Positions 61,586-64,000 of a DNA stretch of 64,000 nt are shown in pieces. Below the pieces are notes generated by a model. That model was not told the origin of the DNA. It saw nothing but the letters and a program-made list of their open reading frames with translations, and ran no database searches. Origin of the DNA: Zootoca vivipara (lineage: Eukaryota); the NCBI RefSeq assembly GCF_963506605.1, contig NC_083277.1, forward strand, positions 58,032,001-58,096,000. The letters run 5' to 3'. Both the position numbers and the translations under genes were made by a program. How positions within the stretch are numbered: the stretch's first letter is position 1; the number at the start of each line of letters is the position of its first letter.

Positions 61586-61745
61586 AGGCAATGGCAACCT
61601 CCGGCCCATGGGCCAGATGCGGCCCACGGAGGCCGTTTATCCGGCCCACAAGCCGCCCGGTCACCGAGCCACCCGCTCGGCAAGTCACCGCGCTGCGCTG
61701 TGCTAAACCAGCGGAGCTCGGTGCGGGGACTTGCAGAGTGGTGCC
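61586..61745. mobile_element. hAT transposon end fragment
   Basis: caggcaatggcaacctccggcccatgggccagatgcggccc, a typical hAT subterminal ggccc repeat pattern. No partner TIR seen. Confidence 0.55.
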
Positions 61746-62901
61746 GAAAATTTATGTGCAGTTCTCTTCAATTTGCAGCTCCCTTGTGATCTCGGGGTTT
61801 GTTTGTTTTTACCAAATAAATATTTCTTTCTCTGATTGTTCAGCCCTGTGGTTGTTGACTGCTGTCCTGCTGTCTTAGATCTGTGTAGGATTCTCCCCCC
61901 CCCCAAAAAAGCATGTTCTTATTCAATAAGTCAAAAAGACAACAGGTGGCTGCAGACAGATGGCTAGGGCAACGCTGATCAGCAAGACAGGCCATCATCT
62001 CCATATGCTGCTTGTCTTGCTTGTGTTCCAGCTGAACCAGAAGGTCTAGGTTGGATAGCTGAGTGAACTTTTATAGCCTCTGTCTTTCAGACAAGTGGTC
62101 ATTTCAAATCACTTTCCCCAAATCTATTATAACTGCATTGGCCTCCTTGAGTTTAGTGTGTTGTTACAGAGCATTCATGTGGGGCCTTTAACATCACAAA
62201 CTCTCAGCTATAATACTGTGTAATCTGTTTCAGGCAGGTACTGGAAAGATTGGTACCTTTGTTTTTCCACTGGCATGTATGTCTGAGATGTTGGCCTGAG
62301 CTTGCTGCAACACTTGCATATTGTCCTGTTTTTGTAATGCTGTGCAGAGATAGCAGTTGGTATGAGATAGCTGTCCTAAGCAATTAGGCAGATGAAAAAA
62401 ATGATCGACAAGAGGTGGGCGTTAAGAGGGGCATTCCAAGCTTTCTGCTGCCTGTTAGAAACTGTCCCCAGTTGCCAGCAGCAGAATAATTATAGAAGAG
62501 CACCTTCCTCTGAATAATAGTTGTTGCAGGTGCAGAGAGCACTGTTGCACAGTCTCTGCTTGAGGACTTCAATAGATATCTGGTTGGCCACTGGGAGAAC
62601 AGAATGTTGGACTAGATGGGTGTTTGACCTCATCCAAAAGGGATTGTCTTATGTTCTTAACCAACAGAGGTAAAATTGGGGTCTAATTGATCAGGAATAG
62701 AATAACAGATCCATAGTTTTACAAAGTTGGGGCACCTGAGTCGGGGTGTGTGTCTGTGTGTGTGTGTGTAAAAGAATGCCTGCCCTGGTTGCCATTTCTC
62801 TCTGTGTTGTAGTGGGGGTTGCAATATAACTTGGCTTTGAGAGACCAGTAGTGTTATGAGGGGAGCTCCTTTAGGGAAATCTTCATATCCTGCAGAAGGT
62901 A

Positions 62902-63136
62902 CCCTGTTTCTCATATTTTAAGACATACCCATAAAATAAGCCATAGCCAGATTTTTAAGCATTCAAGGAATATAAGCCATACCCCGAAAATAAGACATAG
63001 GGATAGGCGCAGCAGCAATGCCGGCCGCGGCAGGAGGAGGAGGAAAAAAATAAGACATCCCTTGAAAATAAGCCATAGTGTGTTTTTTTGAGGAAAAAAT
63101 AAATATAAGACGTGTCTTATAATATGAGAAACACGG
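62902..63136. mobile_element. Tc1/mariner/pogo-type MITE
   Basis: TIRs ccctgtttctcatattttaagaca / tgtcttataatatgagaaacacgg, TA TSD, internal aaataagacat/aaataagccat repeats. Confidence 0.82.
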
Positions 63137-64000
63137 TAGTGAGCAATGAACATGGATGTTCATATGTGGGAGAAATGGGAGAGAGAGGTGGAAATTCATG
63201 GATGTGTTTATGGTAGAGGTGGGGAGCCTCAGGCAGGGGGGGGCAGGGGCAGCCTCCAAGCCTTTCTCTTTGGCCCTTGAGACTCTTCACCCTCTCCTCT
63301 GCCCCATTCTGCACTCCTTGGGGGCTTTTGCCTGGCTGGAATGTGTTCCTGATCAGCTGTGATGAGGCCACTTGCTTGCCTGGAGGGAAGATGAAGAGGT
63401 GTGGTGTAGACTTTTGTGTGGCTGGATGTGCACAAAGGTTAATAGCTGCCTCCATTGCTCTGCTTGCTTTTGCCTTTGCTTCCTAGCCACAAACATTCTG
63501 GCCCCCCAGAAGGTCACAAACAAAGGAATGCAACCTCATGTATGAAAAAGGTTCCCAGTCCCCGTTCTCTGGTGAAATGTCATATTCTTATTTTTCTGAA
63601 TTTATACACCATGCTTCCTACACCGTGATATCCCCATTTGCTTGTGGAAGGGTGTTGCTTGGCATGTTGTGACTGGTTTCAGCAGCAGCCTAACTACAGT
63701 GTGGGAAAGGGTAGAGGAGCTGTGGTGCCAGAAACCTTCAAAACTAATCATGCATGATCCAGAAAGCTATATTGTAGTGTACAGGAGATACCCAGAAGGA
63801 GGGTTTAAAGAGCTATTTGCTTGCAGGATGGGTTGAAGAAGTGGGTGTCTCTGCTTTTAAGGTACTCCTTGGTTTTTTTTCTAAGATGTGTGAGCCAACT
63901 GTCTCCTGTATTCCTGTTTTTTTCCTTCAACAAATGTCAAAAAGAGGTCCTCCTCTCTGAAGCTGGATGGGCAGTAGCACCTTCAGTTTATTCTAACAGA

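Overview
Vertebrate genomic DNA from a squamate reptile (Sauria/Squam SINEs, CR1, L2, BovB-like RTE and Penelope fragments; a lacertid lizard is my guess). Bases 1-17 kb carry the 5' half of CDHR2 (protocadherin-24) on the minus strand. I traced 13 coding exons with GT-AG boundaries and consistent phases, plus a likely non-coding first exon with HNF1/HNF4-like promoter motifs. Two CpG islands (about 25.6-27.4 kb and 55.8-57.2 kb) have plus-strand splice donors and look like promoters of a divergent gene. RNF44 is the candidate by synteny only; no coding exon of it is recognisable here. The most striking element is a 9.64-kb minus-strand endogenous retrovirus (29065-38708) just downstream of the first island. 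It has two apparently identical 835-bp LTRs, a 5-bp TSD and a perfect tRNA-Lys3 PBS, but no recognisable gag/pro/RT. Its only coding relics are a dead integrase tail and a multiply frameshifted gamma-type env, beside about 6 kb of modular non-coding sequence. It looks like a very young non-autonomous retrovirus mobilised in trans. Several Penelope-like retroelement ends carry minimal hammerhead ribozyme motifs, one complete (54768-54813). The rest is introns rich in hAT and Tc1/mariner MITEs and nested insertions.
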